From: Chrysomallon squamiferum
Lineage: Eukaryota; Animalia; Mollusca
Length of the DNA stretch: 64,000 nucleotides
Assembly: GCA_012295275.1 (NCBI GenBank)
Contig: CM022678.1
Span: 4,278,001-4,342,000, forward strand
Direction of reading: 5' to 3'
Below the pieces are notes generated by a model. The model had not been told where the DNA came from and did no database searches. It worked only from the letters and a program-made list of their open reading frames with translations. Both the position numbers and the translations under genes were made by a program. Position 1 is the first letter of the stretch. Every line of letters begins with the position of its first letter. Below, one piece after another: positions 1 to 14,082 of the stretch.

Positions 1-209
1 CTACTACTACTACTTCTAAGTATTACTATTATTCTTATTATTTTCTTTATTAGGTAACACCAATATTTATTATTTATTATTTATTTATTTACAGTATGTA
101 TGTCTTTTATATATATATATATATATATATAGACGTATATATTCTTATATATTCCTGTTTATAATTAAGAAGTAATTAGTATATTTTGTTGTTTTTATTC
201 TCTGTATAG

Positions 210-908
210 GTATGCTTGGTTAATAGAAGCTGAAAACAGAACAGGATCCATTCACTTAGAAGTAGTTGATGCTAATTTGAAGTACAGAAATGTCAGTTTA
301 TATGATGGTACGTAAAACGTATTACTTCTATCAAGAGTTCATGTATAATTATTGTTGTTATTGTTGTTCTTGTTATTGTTTCGGTTATCATCATTATCAT
401 AATCATCATCATCATTATTACGAAAAAGTTTAAGTTACTTCTTATCTTGATTCTATCCTTCTTCGGAGCACTTTATCATTATTTCAGGTAACAATGACCG
501 AAGTCCTCGATTATACACAGGCGACTGGACTCGTTCAAGTCATAGACGCCATTATGCATACAACAGTACCGGACGTTACATGTATCTGAAGTTAGAGGGT
601 GACAGAAAAGCAACAGGACACGAATTTAAGGTGGAGTTTAGTCAACGCCCAAGTAAGTGTTGCTTTTAATTTCTTGTATCCGTCTGTCTGCCATATATAT
701 ATACAACGACAATAACAACAATACTTATACATGAACTCTTGAAAGAAGTAATAAGTTTATATATATTATAAAGGCATATGTACATACATTTACATACATA
801 TACAAATACGTGCGTAGATACATACGTAGGTGGATGGATTAAAAGATATACCACATGCATATCTATACTGTAAATAAATAATAAATCTATCTATCTATCT
901 ATATATAC

Positions 909-962
<54 letters not shown>

Positions 963-1435
963 GTATGTATGTGTGTATGTATGTATCTATCTATCTATTT
1001 ATCTGTATATCTATACATCTGTCTGTCAGTCAATTTTTATCTGTCTGTCTTTATCTATATATTTATCTCTATATATCTAGATTGCTTGATTCATTGACTG
1101 ACGGACTAAATGAGTGAATGCCTGACTGCCTGACTCATTGATTGAATGAATGATAGAGAGATATTTATCAATGGGTAGGCTGGATGGACTTACGTGAGGT
1201 TTTCTTCTTTTCCAGAATGTGGAAGACTTTTTATAGCCTCCGAAAAGTCATCCTACTTTTATGCAAATCTGAGTCAAAGGTTAGTTTGCCACCTGTAACG
1301 TGTGACTTTGTGCTTGTGACTAACTGTGCGTGTGTTTATCTTTATATGCTATGAAATATGAAAAGCAAAACATAGACATGAAATATTTCCAGCCTGTTCT
1401 AAAATATTGTATCATCATCATCATCATCATCATCA

Positions 1436-1521
<86 letters not shown>

Positions 1522-2763
1522 GCTGTACTAAACCGGACTTCATATTTTCTAAAAAATATTTATTTCTCCGTTCTTCAGTCTGTCACAACCGCCACTATTG
1601 CAACAACAACCATTATAAGTTCAACCACCAATACTACCACCACTTCCACTTGATGTTGTTATTTATATTACTATTATTATTATCATCATCATCATCATCA
1701 TCATAATCATCATCATTATCATCACGGCCAGCATCATCACCATCATCATCATCATTATCACTACCAATACTTCTACTACTATTTAGGCTTAGTAAATGTT
1801 GGTGGACTATACAAGCTGCAGATACAAGCCAGACTGTTGAAGTTGAAATGTTACAGGCCGACCTCGATGGTTCTGACAGTTGTGAAGGTCATAACTTTAC
1901 AGTTTATGATGGTAATTTTCCGTTTCCTTTTTTATAATTTTTTCTAAACAATTGTTTTTCCTTTTTTCTGCTGATTTTTGTTAATTCGCTGCTAAAATTA
2001 CAATCATCTTAAATTAATAAATTGATTATAGAGTGACATGATACTTCCAATATTTGATTCTGTCTTTCTCTCTTGACGACAGGTAACGTAGTAAATTCTA
2101 CGAAACTCGGAGGTTTCTGCAAGAAACAGACAGGATCGTACTCCAGTTCCGGGTCAGTTATTTTCACGGGCTTGTTCCTTTCTTCTGAATACAAAGCTAA
2201 ACACTTCCTCATACGATACACCTCAGTCGGTAAGTTAGTTAGAAGTACAATGCTATACTCAGATTTACATATGTGCGTACATACACATATAGATATACAT
2301 ATGTTAAAATATATTTATATTCGGAACACTCAAGAAATTAGAATAAATTAATAATACTAATACTGATATAATAACAAAATAATAATAATGATAATAATAA
2401 TAATAATAAAAGAAGAAGAAGAAGTAGAAGAAAGCAAACAACTACAATTATGTTTCTACAACAACAACAGAAACAGCAACAGTGTTAATAGTTTCAGTTA
2501 AAACCAATTAAATTATTTTGGCTAGTATACAAATTCATTACAAATTCAGTGACATTTTTATCCCTACAGCTCCCGAAAATAAGTCTGGTATGATACTTGG
2601 AACAGTGTTTGGCATTCTGTTCATCGTCGTCGTAGTGATCATTGTACGATACTTGTTCTATGTGTTTAGGTAAATAATAATAACAACAATAATGATAATA
2701 ATAATAATTATAATAATAACAACAATAACAACAACATTAATAATAATAATTAAAATAATAATA

Positions 2764-2825
<62 letters not shown>

Positions 2826-3242
2826 TATAATAATAAATTGATAAATAAATAAATGAATAAATAAGCCTATAAATTATAAACGATAAGATAAATTTCCTTT
2901 CATCCCTATTTATATAATAAAATGACCATTGGGAGGGCAATTTTGTACACTCTTTCGCTCTTTCTTTCTAGAGGAAAGTACATTTCAGTGCAGCGTTTGA
3001 AAACAGACATTTTAAGCTGTGGGAAATGCTATGAAGAATACGAGACTAATTCGAAACGTCCACGGTATCCACGATTACTAAAGTGCCAGCACACATTTTG
3101 TGCTACCTGTTTACATCGTCTTTCACTAAGGTCTACTAGTATCCCTTGTCCACTTTGCAACACAGTTACACATGGCGTTTTTGTAAACGAGTTACCGGAA
3201 AACAAAACCGTCCTTAGCATTTTAAAATGTATTAAAACCTGA
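210..3242 (+). CDS. CUB-domain / single TM / cytoplasmic RING-HC (C3HC4) protein, 5'-partial (receptor-type E3 ligase, gene A)
   Basis: Phase-compatible GT-AG exons 210-307 (YAWLIEAENRTGSIHLEVVDANLKYRNVSLYDG), 488-652 (..NSTGRYMYLKL..FKVEF), 1216-1279 (KCGRLFIASEKSSYF), 1793-1911 (KCWWTIQAA..SCEGHNFTVYDG), 2083-2229 (..LGGFCKKQTGSYSSSGSVIF..FLIRY), 2570-2669 (TM: MILGTVFGILFIVVVVIIV), 2972-3242 (CGKC..YPRLLKCQHTFCATC..CPLC..LPEN, stop). Frame is open throughout. Exon-for-exon paralogue at 43028-39397 (-). Upstream exons lie outside the window. Confidence 0.88.
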
Positions 3243-3373
3243 AGAAGAATTTTCACAAAATCACTAACGACAGACTGTTCTATTAAACATAGATTAAAGC
3301 GTGTCCGATCTGAGCAGAATGATTTTGTCTTTGAAAGGGAATAACGTTAGAAATTGACAATTAAAACAAATTC

Positions 3374-3427
<54 letters not shown>

Positions 3428-3584
3428 GTTATTATTATTATTATTATAATTATTATTGTTATTTTTTTCTTTATTTTTTGTTTACTTCTTTTTTATTCTT
3501 TTTTCTTTACTATTTATTACCTCTTTGTTTTATTTATTTATTTATATATTTATTTAGTTAGTTACATTCTTCTTCTTCTTCTTC

Positions 3585-3640
<56 letters not shown>

Positions 3641-3895
3641 TATTTATTTATTTTTCTTTCTTTGATTTTTCTTTAATTATTTTTCTTTGTTTCTTTATTT
3701 ATTTATTTGCTTACGAGCTTACTATTTATTTATTAGTTATTTACACTCTTCTTCTTCTTCTTATTATTATTATTTATTTATTTATTTTTCTTTCTTTATT
3801 TATTTTCCTTGATTATTTATTTAGTTAGTTTATATGTATTTATGTATTTGTTATAATTTATTTCATTATTTTTTATTATTTATTATTATTTATTT

Positions 3896-3942
<47 letters not shown>

Positions 3943-4275
3943 GTTATTGTTATTATCATCTGTTTCACTATAAACAAATATTAATATTTAGATTTAACTT
4001 CGGACGCTTTTTGTCATGTTCGTTGTGCAGTTAAATGTTTACTAAATAAAATATAAAATAAGAGATGTGTTTATTTCTTTTCTTTCTTTCTTTTTTCTTT
4101 ACTTCTTTCTTTCTTTATTTCTTTATTTTTTCTGAACTTGCTTATAATATATATAATTTACTTTTTAGCATTATTTAGTTAGTTAGTTTATATGTATTTA
4201 TGTATTTATTATAATTTATTTATCTGTTTATTTATTTATTTATTATTATTTATTATTACTATTATTATTATTATG

Positions 4276-4314
<39 letters not shown>

Positions 4315-4996
4315 GTTATTGTTATTGTTATTTGTTTTTTATATATTTTTTCTTTATTTTTTGTTTACTTCTTTTTTATTATTTTTTCTTTACTATTTAT
4401 TTCCTCTTTTATTTATTTATTTATTTATATATTTAGTTAGTTAGTTAGTTAGTTACATTCTTCTTCTTTTTATTATTATTATTATTATTATTATTCGTAA
4501 ATAAGAGATGTATTTATTTCTTTTCTTTCATTCTTTTTTCTTTACTTCTTTCTTTCTTTCTTTATTTCTTTATTTCCTAACTTGCTTATTATATATATAT
4601 ATATATATATAATTTACATTTTAGCATTTATTTATTTAGTTAGTTTATATGTATTTGTGTATTAATTATTATTTATTTATTTATTATTATTATTATTATT
4701 TATTATAAATACCCTAGTGAATTTATAACTATTTCTTGTTTATAGAAATAGATTATTATTTAGTTATGCTGTGTTTATGTATTTCAACATATTAGTAAAT
4801 AAGAAATGTGTTTATTTCTTTTCTTTCTTTTTTCTTCTTTTCTTCTTCTTCTTTTGCTGTTGTTGTTTTTGATAATTACAATAATATTTTGCACATTATG
4901 TATATAATTTCATTCGTTTGATTAAATAATGATGTCTCTTCGAGTGTCTTCAATTCATTTATATATATATAATAAAAAACAATATCTATATATATA

Positions 4997-5039
<43 letters not shown>

Positions 5040-5154
5040 ACAAAATACATATATAATTTCAAAAATAATCTCCTGTGCTTCATATATATAATTTTTGACC
5101 ACATACAATTACGTAATTAAGATGATTTTATAATGTCTAATAGGACTCTTTCTC

Positions 5155-5204
<50 letters not shown>

Positions 5205-5640
5205 TTAATATTAATAATAGTAATAATTAACCTTGATGGCCTTCAAGTGACATCAAAAGCATCTATCGGGGTTTCTGAGCTCGAGATTGGAATACTGTCT
5301 ATGTGCAGAGTCTTTTCTACTGAACATAAGACAGAGAATATTCAAATCCTGAAATAGATACACACATTAAAGTTCTTTATGGGTCAGTGATCGAATACGA
5401 GGAAGCGGACCGATATTAAAGTTACCCCGCTGGCTTAGATTAGTCGATCGTTTTGAAATAACACCCTGTATGACAAAAGTTCATAGGTCACTGGTTTCGT
5501 CACATTTATCACACGGTCTAGAAGAACAGGTTTCCTGTTACCTGATTACAATAAATAGTTACCTCCTCAAAATTTTGAAACTGTATTAGTATGTCTATGA
5601 GAACTTGAAACAGCCAAGCAGTCAGCACGTCATGGTCCGT

Positions 5641-6040
5641 TAATCAGTAAATTACAATCTGCGACTATCTGTAAATATCCGTACATTAATCAGTAAATTA
5701 CAATCTGCGACTATCTGTAAATATTAGTACATTAATCAGTAAATTACAATCTGCAACTATCTGTAAATATTAGTACATTAATCAGTAAATTACAATCTGC
5801 TACTATCTGTAAATATCCGTACATTAATCAGTAAATTACAATCTGCAACTATCTGTAAATATTAGTACATTAATCAGTAAATTACAATCTGCTACTATCT
5901 GTAAATATTAGTACATTAATCAGTAAATTACAATCTGCGACTATCTGTAAATATTAGTACATTATCAGTAAATTACAATCTGCGACTATCTGTAAATATT
6001 AGTACGTTAATCTGTAAATTACAATCTTTTACTAAGCAAA
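5641..6040. repeat. 46-bp tandem minisatellite (~8-9 copies)
   Basis: Unit taatcagtaaattacaatctgcgactatctgtaaatattagtacat repeats head to tail. The paralogous segments near 19590 and 24700 have only ~1-2 units. Confidence 0.9.
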
Positions 6041-6129
6041 TATTAGTACATTAGTCAGTAAATTTCTGTATATTATTCAGCAAATTTGAATTCCTATTTT
6101 TATATAAGTACATTTGTCATTAACAGTTT

Positions 6130-6420
6130 CTACATTAGTCGGTCAATATCAGTACATTAGTGAGTAAATATCAGTACATAAGTCAGTAAATATCAGTACA
6201 TAAGTCAGTAAATATCAGTACATTAGTGAGTAAATATCAGTACATAAGTCAGTAAATATCAGTACATTAGTGAGTAAATATCAGTACATTAGTCAGTAAA
6301 TATCAGTACATAAGTCAGTATATATTAATGCATTAGTCAACAAATATTACTACATTAGTCAGTAAATTCTAGTACATTTGTCAGTAAATACTACATTAGT
6401 CAGAAAATACTAGTACTAAT
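6130..6420. repeat. 22-bp tandem minisatellite (agtacattagtcagtaaatatc)
   Basis: Direct repeats visible. Related arrays at ~19800-19990 and ~24910-25160. Confidence 0.8.
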
Positions 6421-7050
6421 ACTTACTGATAAATGTTACTGACTAATGTACAAATGTTAGTAAATATAAGAACAGTAGTCAGCAAATACAAGTATATTAG
6501 TCAGTACATTTCAGTACATTAATACTATATTTTAGTAGATTAATCAGTAAATATAAATACGTTATTCAGTAAACAGTATATTACTCAGTAAATAATTTAC
6601 CTGCTTCAGTTTATTAATAAATATCAATCTATCGATAAATATCGGTTTCGGAATATCGGTAAATTCCAGTCTGTCAGTCAATCAGTAAATCTCGGTCTAT
6701 CGATAAATAAATATGAGGTTGCGACAATCGGTAAATTCGAATCCGTCGGTTATATTTCAATTTATTTATTTTTACCTGTATTATTTGCTAAGTAATTTAT
6801 TATTTGCTAAGTTTAATCAGTAAGTCAATCAATTTCAACTCTGTTGTCTCACAAATCTGTGACGAGTCATATATTCAGGAGATTTGATTATTTTATTCTT
6901 CTTTTAATTTTTTTTATTTTCTTTCTGTTGAACAGACACATTGTTATTGGTCAACCAGCCAAGTAAAATATGTAAATGATCTGTTTAACTGTGCAGTCAA
7001 AAATGCCTTCGTTGTATCAGATTTCGTTGTTATGTCTCCTTGGTACAGTG

Positions 7051-7058
7051 TGACGTCA
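7051..7058 (+). promoter_or_regulatory. CRE/ATF palindrome TGACGTCA upstream of the orphan leader exon
   Basis: Perfect TGACGTCA ~80 nt upstream of ATG 7136. It sits at the same position as the site at 15534-15541. Confidence 0.4.
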
Positions 7059-7135
7059 CGTGAGAACATTATGCATTAGTATCTATAACAGACAGTTTGT
7101 ATCTGGATTTATTTGTGTAGTGGTCGCTAATAATT

Positions 7136-7190
7136 ATGGACACACTGAGATTTGTTTTAATTTCAATTTTCATATCTTCAACAAAAACAG
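7136..7190 (+). pseudogene. Orphan signal-peptide (leader) exon of the SRCR-TM-RING gene family
   Basis: ATG..CAG|gtaaat, 55 nt, MDTLRFVLISIFISSTKT(G). It lies in a block (~5050-7690) homologous to ~19070-21290. No SRCR exon follows before the repeat/insertion at ~7800. Confidence 0.7.
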
Positions 7191-7687
7191 GTAAATGCAT
7201 TTATTTATATATTTATTTGCTTAATCATGTTCTTATCTTGATCTCAGTACATCTGTCTACACACACTCACAAGTAAATACACACATACACAACACAACAC
7301 ACACATATACACACACAGAAAAACACACACACACACACGCAGACACACACAAACACATATTCACACATGTAAATCTAAATATATATTACCCAATGCTATA
7401 TATCAGCATTTTTAATTTGATTATTCTCCCAGAATTTATAAAACTTAATTAAATATAACAATTATAAAAACGCATAGTTATTATACAACAATGAATGAAT
7501 AATAATAATAATAATAATAATAAAAGTAATAATAATAACAATAACAAGAACAATCATAATAATCAGACATTTCTTTATCAACAAAAACATTATTTAAAAT
7601 GTTGTAAGCTTATATCATTTACTAATATTCTAATAATAAAAAACGTATGAAAAGTCATAATGTCCATAATAAGAATAATAATAATAA

Positions 7688-7742
<55 letters not shown>

Positions 7743-7855
7743 GTAATAATATAATTTTGTTATTGTTATTACATTTGTTTGTTTTTTTGTTTTTCTCAGC
7801 ATAGCAAACTATGTTCATTTAGACTCCGGAAACTCAGTTGCTTGGGGACCCTTTC

Positions 7856-8224
7856 AAACAGTTGGAAGAACATATCTACGTCTGGGTCTTCAAATACAGG
7901 CACTGACCTACAAGCCTCGGTCAAGTTAAAACAGTTGTAAGGACATATCTACGTCTGGGTTTTCAAATACAGGCACTGACCTACAAGCCTCAGTCAAGTT
8001 AAAACAGTTGTAAGGACATATCTACGTCTGGGTTTTCAAATACAGGCACTGACCTACAAGTCTCAGTCAAGTTAAAACAGTTGTAAGGACATATCTACGT
8101 CTGGGTTTTCAAATACAGCCACTGACCTACAAGCCTCAGTCAAGTTAAAACAGTTGTAAGGACATATCTACGTCTGGGTTTTCAAATACAGGCACTGACC
8201 TACAAGCCTCAGACAAGTTCAAAC
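7856..8224. repeat. 73-bp tandem repeat, 5 copies
   Basis: The acagttg anchor recurs at 7858, 7931, 8004, 8077 and 8150 (period 73). Units are near-identical, with no spacers. Confidence 0.92.
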
Positions 8225-9051
8225 GTCCATTACCTGCCTCACTACATTGGTTTTCCTGTCGCCTAGCCTTCTCTGCATTCAACTTTAACTCAGGATCCCC
8301 TCTTCCCTAGTACTACCCTGTGTTTCTCCTCTTTCTCTATTTCTAACTTCTCTATCTCTTTCTCTATTTTATCATTTTTTTTCTGTTTCTCAGTCCAATG
8401 CACGTTTTTATCTTTCGTACTAACTGCTGTTCCATACTCAACTCGTTTATCTCCATCTATCGGACAATCTCACTTCCTTCTATATCATGCTTATCACCTA
8501 AAACATCTTCGATAATAATTTCTCTGTTGTCTTACCTGATGTTAACTCAAATTCCCGCTCACAAACGATTTCAATTAATATGGTCTTAAGTGCCCTGCAC
8601 TGAGCATAGGAAACAAATTCCCATCCATGTTTATGTATAGCGAACTCTTTCGATCTAATGAAGAATGCTTCTTACATTTATTGCAATAAAAAATGTCTAA
8701 AGTCCCCGAATTACAAATCACATTTCAAATACCCAGGTTGTCTTGCCTCTAGAGGTATCCCATATAGGATCTGTGAATATATAAATACAGTAGCACGTTC
8801 CTGTACACTAGAAACACAACAAAACACATGATACTTTTGACGTTGTATTAGCGCTAGCGAGAAACATTCAGCATAGCAGTGTAGTACTGGAACAACGGTA
8901 ATTTGACACAACAGTCACATAAGGGTTATACAAGCAGAACAACAAGTAAATATATATATACAAGTATCTACCCAGGTCCAGTCTGAACTCTTACAGTGTG
9001 TTCAGTGGACAGCGACCGTTTCCCTTCAAATCACTCGACGGTTCTCCCCTG

Positions 9052-9090
<39 letters not shown>

Positions 9091-9360
9091 TAAATGAAAA
9101 ATAAAAACTCCGTTCTTTTATTCAAAGAGAAAAGGGACTCGCGTTATTTCTCAACGCGGTTTGAACGTTGCAGCTAGAATTCTGTCACAAGATCATTCTG
9201 CGAAACAAAAGCCAGTAACACCTATTGCTCCGGACTCGGTAATCAATCCCGCTTCTCACGACATACTTCTAACCCCTGGACCACCAGCCCTGGGAAACTC
9301 ACGGCATTTGGTGGATTCGGCACACCAAACCAACAATCACGAAAAAAATATTTTACACGA
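8225..9360 (-). mobile_element. Possible degraded retroelement fragment
   Basis: Higher-complexity insert that interrupts the duplicated block. The minus strand of ~8225-8590 reads as broken Glu/Lys-rich coding-like sequence. No RT or integrase motif seen. Confidence 0.25.
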
Positions 9361-9384
9361 TGAGTCAAGAACATTCTTCTATCA

Positions 9385-9479
<95 letters not shown>

Positions 9480-9692
9480 TGTGTGTGTTTGGTTAAATAA
9501 TTAGCCGTAAGAAGCAATTCACTCGGACCTTCCAGATAATCACTTTCTCTCATTAAGTTCGTTTTCATGCTCTCGTATAATTTTTTAAAGCATAATCTTT
9601 ATTATAGTGATAAACATACATACACGTACATACATACATACATACATACACACATACATACATACATACATATATATGTATGTATATGTATG

Positions 9693-9728
<36 letters not shown>

Positions 9729-10044
9729 TATATGTATGTATGTATGTGTGTGTATATGTCTATGTCTATAAGTACGTGTGTGTTCGTAGGATCTTGTTTG
9801 TTAAATATTAAATATATATTTTATAAATATGTTTTTTAACTGTAACACACTGTTTAGTTAACTAAAGATAAAACGTATATAAAATGTAAATGAACATCTA
9901 CACAAACGTTCAACTAAGCAATCAGCTGTAATGAAATATTCTTCCTTGTTCATTTTTCCTGTCCTATTTGCATGGTCCACTGACATCGCTGTAAATCTAT
10001 CCAAATGTTCTGGCTTTTATATTTTGAATCTGTGACTTAAAAAC

Positions 10045-11429
10045 ATTATCAGGTGTAAAACTGGACCCATAATTGTTGAGCTGTGCTTGATCAAAAAAAC
10101 GGTAACATATTTTTTTTCTGGTATTGTTTATTTATTTTGCTTCAAATTACCTATCTCTTACAAATTATGTATCTATCTATCTATGCATGCATTTACCTAC
10201 ATTCCTACCTTCTTATTTACTTTTTTATTTATTATATCATTATCACTATCGTCATCATTATCATCGTCATCATCATCATCATTATTGTTTGTTAAATTAA
10301 TACAGCAGATTTACTGTGACTTACTTCATTTTCCAGGAAGAAGTTGCTGTTTCTATGAGAATGGTGAACTTAGGTAAGTGATGATTACTGATTACATTGC
10401 AGCAATGACGTAAATCTAATAACTGTTTTCACTTTGATTTATATACAATTTTCTTTAAAGTAACAAAGAATTATGATATTAAAACATTATAGTAGTAATA
10501 TGTAGCAATCTTCGTTTGTGTAGAGAAGTAATATGGTCTCAAGACATTAGAGTTGTAATATATAGCAATTTTCGTTTATGTAACAAAGTAATATGATCTT
10601 AAAACATTACAGTAGTAATATATAGCAATTGTCGTTTATGTAACAAAGTAATATGATCTTAAAACATTACAGTAGTAATATATAGCAATTTTCGTTTTTG
10701 TAACAAAGTAATATGATCTTCAGACTTTACAGTAGTAATTTATATCAAATTTCTTTTATGTAACAAAGTAAGATGATCTTAAAACATTACAGTAGTAATA
10801 TATAAAACATTTCGTTTATGTACGAAAGTAATATAATCTTCAGACTTTACAGTAGTAATTGATATCAAATTTCGTTTGTGTAACAAAGTAAGATGATCTT
10901 AGTAGTAGTAGAACTAGCCCTAATAGTATAACTAGTAGAGGCAGTAGTAGTAACAGCAGAAGCAGTAAATAGTATTGTCTGTCTTTCTGTACTTATTTAC
11001 TTATTTACTATCTTCTAGAGTTAACAGTCGATGTTGGCAAACTAATTGGTGTAATATGCGGGTGTCTGGTGTCAGTTGCACTAGCAATACTGGGTGTCGT
11101 TTTCCGGAAGAAATTGAAGGGGTTCTTTTCTAAGTCGACGATCGTTGAGCCTATTAACATAGCTAATGACGAGTACATAATTTACTTTTTACAAAACTTT
11201 AAAACATTTTATCATTGAATCATTAACATTAGACAATCGTTTAGTAGATGTAAATATTTTGACACACTTATGTTTGCGCCGATAAAGATATACATATACG
11301 TGCATATATGCATATATACATACATATACACATACATACATCCCTACACATATACATCCACATCTAGATATATCCATACATACGCATATACATACAATGA
11401 GACAGACGTGCATAACACATACACACAGA

Positions 11430-11464
<35 letters not shown>

Positions 11465-11579
11465 CGTTATTCTTTTGTGTTTTTTTAGATCAGACTCTGA
11501 GTCTTCATCAGACTATCAGCTGACTGCAATTTGTGTGTTGAATATTTGTTGTCAGTGTTTGCAGAACTTAAAAGAATAA
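10045..11579 (+). pseudogene. Small RING-less single-TM paralogue (copy of 50389-47645); start codon ATG>ATT, possibly re-initiating at ATG 10355
   Basis: Exons 10045-10101 (degenerate leader), 10337-10373, 11019-11172 (ELTVDVGKLIGVICGCLVSVALAILGVVFRKKLKGFFS..), 11489-11579 (SDSESSSDYQLTAICVLNICCQCLQNLKE*). 5' flank and 3' UTR (to ~12150) align with the reverse complement of the 47-50 kb gene. Confidence 0.65.
10431..10900. repeat. 60-bp intronic tandem repeat (~7-8 copies)
   Basis: Unit tatagcaattttcgtttatgtaacaaagtaatatgatcttaaaacattacagtagtaata aligns in register across consecutive 60-nt lines. Confidence 0.9.
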
Positions 11580-13658
11580 AATGGCCACGGGATCAACAAG
11601 GGGTTTTTTGTATCCATCTAATCGACATATTCAACATCTGGAGACAAAACCAGATATGACTTGATGTTTGGTATCTTGGTAAAATAATTAACTGACAACA
11701 AACTCATTAGTATCTTAGTTAGTGAATGTTCTTTTGCGAGTGATCCGTCATACCAGTTTGATCCATTTTTTTTTACTGATTACGGTGAAAGCTTGCCTAT
11801 TTTTTCTGTGTTTGAGATCCTTTCTGAGTAAAATTTGAATGATTGGAAAACTTAACGTCTCCTGTTTTTATTTCACGAATGTTACCTGATGTTGTAGAAC
11901 AGAGCGTTTAATCCAGATGATAATTGTCGTGGGTAGCAGACAACCCATGATGGAACTAGAAATGCGTAGGAGGAACATCTTTCAGTCACTACTTTTTACT
12001 ACTGCCGAATTAGTTCTAAGTACTTTTTTTTTCCTTATACAAACAAATTCAAACAACAAAAGTTCTCTCTTTTTATCTTAATTTCAATAACCAACAGAAA
12101 TGTCTTTAGATCTGGAAAGCGAGAGAAAAACCTTCATGGATTATTTCGATAAAGTCTCTTAACTACACGGTCTTTTCAAAACCATATCAATATAAACCAG
12201 CAATATTTCCTCTTTTTAACGGACTGTGGATACAAGTTTAAAAACAACCAACAAGTGAGGGCTATTTTAATTTTCATTTTGTAATTATATATAGAATAAT
12301 GTCATTGTCTGATAGAGATTACAACAGATCGTGTTTTTTAGGCACATCACTCATTGGCAGAAAGTCACTTACAGACTGTGTGCTGGAGGCCTTCAGTAGA
12401 AAATCTGTGAAGGTTTTGAGCAGTTTATTTACTTCTGATACTCATAAAAGAGAAAAATGTACGGTGACGTGACTTCAGTTTTTCAAGTGTTGTTGTGATT
12501 TAAAAATAGCCTTCTCATTTGTGATTGTTTATTCAGTAGTCTTTAGCGTTTTGTTTGATTTTTCTGAAGCAGTATTTGAACTCATGATGAACTGAGTGTG
12601 ATTAACTAGTACCAGTGTGAAAAATTAAGATGGTTATGTTTGACACATACTTGACAGACTAATTACTAGTAACAGTATTGTACGTCACTCAGTAGAAGTT
12701 TCCTTATTCAATCTCCATTTTGATTCATAAACTTTATTGCCAGACTCAAATAGGCTTTCTAAACTATTTTTTTCCAAAGTCGCGTCCAAAATCTTTTTCA
12801 AGTCAAATTCGATTTCAGTACAGTTTAGATTAACATCACCAAACAGTGTATGTAACTTCTGAAAATACTGTACACTATGATTCATTATCCGTGATTTCTT
12901 AGTAAAATAAGTTGTTACAAGGAGGAAAGTGCTCTCATCAAGTAATCTTTATTATTATGGAGGATTTACTAGCACAAAGGTTATATCCGGAGGCTGAAGA
13001 AAACTATAGTTTATTAAAAGAAAATGTTTGAACCACTAAGAAGGTTCATTTCGATTTTCTAACATATCCTTTCTAAGTGAATTTCATCATCAAGATCTTT
13101 CCATTTTGTAACACAAGTAGAATTGGAGTTAAGAATTTACAAACATTTCATTTTTCAGCATGAGATTAGTCTAGTGTCTAGCGCAAGTGAATATATTAAA
13201 AAAAATTATATTCACATATTAGTGTAAATATATTTGTGTGGAGACAATCTCGCTTCAGAATTGAAAATTAATAATTGAAATTTATTGAAAATGATAACTG
13301 TAGACAAATCGTACCAGAATGTTAATAATATTTTTAAAGAAAATCACAACTGATGATTGTCAATTTCGCATTTTTTTTTCAGTCAAATCAAAGTTTAAAA
13401 ATCTACAGTTACGTTCAGGAGTGAACCTTGTTTTTCCCCAACAAACAGAAAAAAGATTGAAGCACTGCCAAACAGTCTAATCTACGTACAGTTAGAGAAC
13501 AATTCACTAAGAATTTTACAGTAACTCACCACAGAGTTGATTTTTAATATGACAAACAAGGTCACGCCTCTGTTAACTTTAACAATAACTTTTTTATCTT
13601 TATACCATAATCAACGATATAGAATGGCTTTTATTACAGTTAGTTAGCTTCTGTATAT

Positions 13659-13697
<39 letters not shown>

Positions 13698-13809
13698 TCT
13701 ATAGCTGAAAGTTAGTATGTACGTACGTACGTACATCTGCGAGTTTATAATATATTTAGTTAACGGTATACCGTAAATAAGATATGTAATTTAATACATA
13801 TATAAAAGT

Positions 13810-13981
13810 TCAAATGATCAATCAGTTACAATCCAATAGACTTCCTTCTTTCATCTTTTGTTATGATGTCACCGTGGTACACTGCGACATCACGTGGCAA
13901 AACTATAAATTAATTTAAAAATAGAGGCTTTACAATACTGTTTTATATTATTTATTTATTTATTGATTTATTTTTTATTAC

Positions 13982-14012
<31 letters not shown>

Positions 14013-14082
14013 TTAACTACAAATCAATATGAAAATCACGTTCGGATTTAGATTTGGACTGATTTTTATAATTCTGTATTTG
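13810..14082 (+). pseudogene. Relic promoter plus leader exon of the same family
   Basis: 13860-13910 resembles the promoter at 7030-7075 (tggtacactgcgacatcacgtg vs tggtacagtgtgacgtcacgtg). 14029-14082 reads MKITFGFRFGLIFIILYL, similar to leader MHGFLFGIIFVVLY. No splice donor follows. Confidence 0.45.

Noticed and set aside
2009-2221. Apparently conserved ORF pair 2009-2221 (-) and 40642-40944 (+) (YSEERNKP..PVVK)
   Set aside because: Antisense shadows of the paralogous CUB exons; the conservation comes from the sense strand.
7856-8224. Regular 73-bp repeats (also the 46-, 60-, 62- and 23-bp arrays) as a CRISPR-like array
   Set aside because: Units are contiguous with no unique spacers, there are no cas genes, and the context is eukaryotic and intron-rich.
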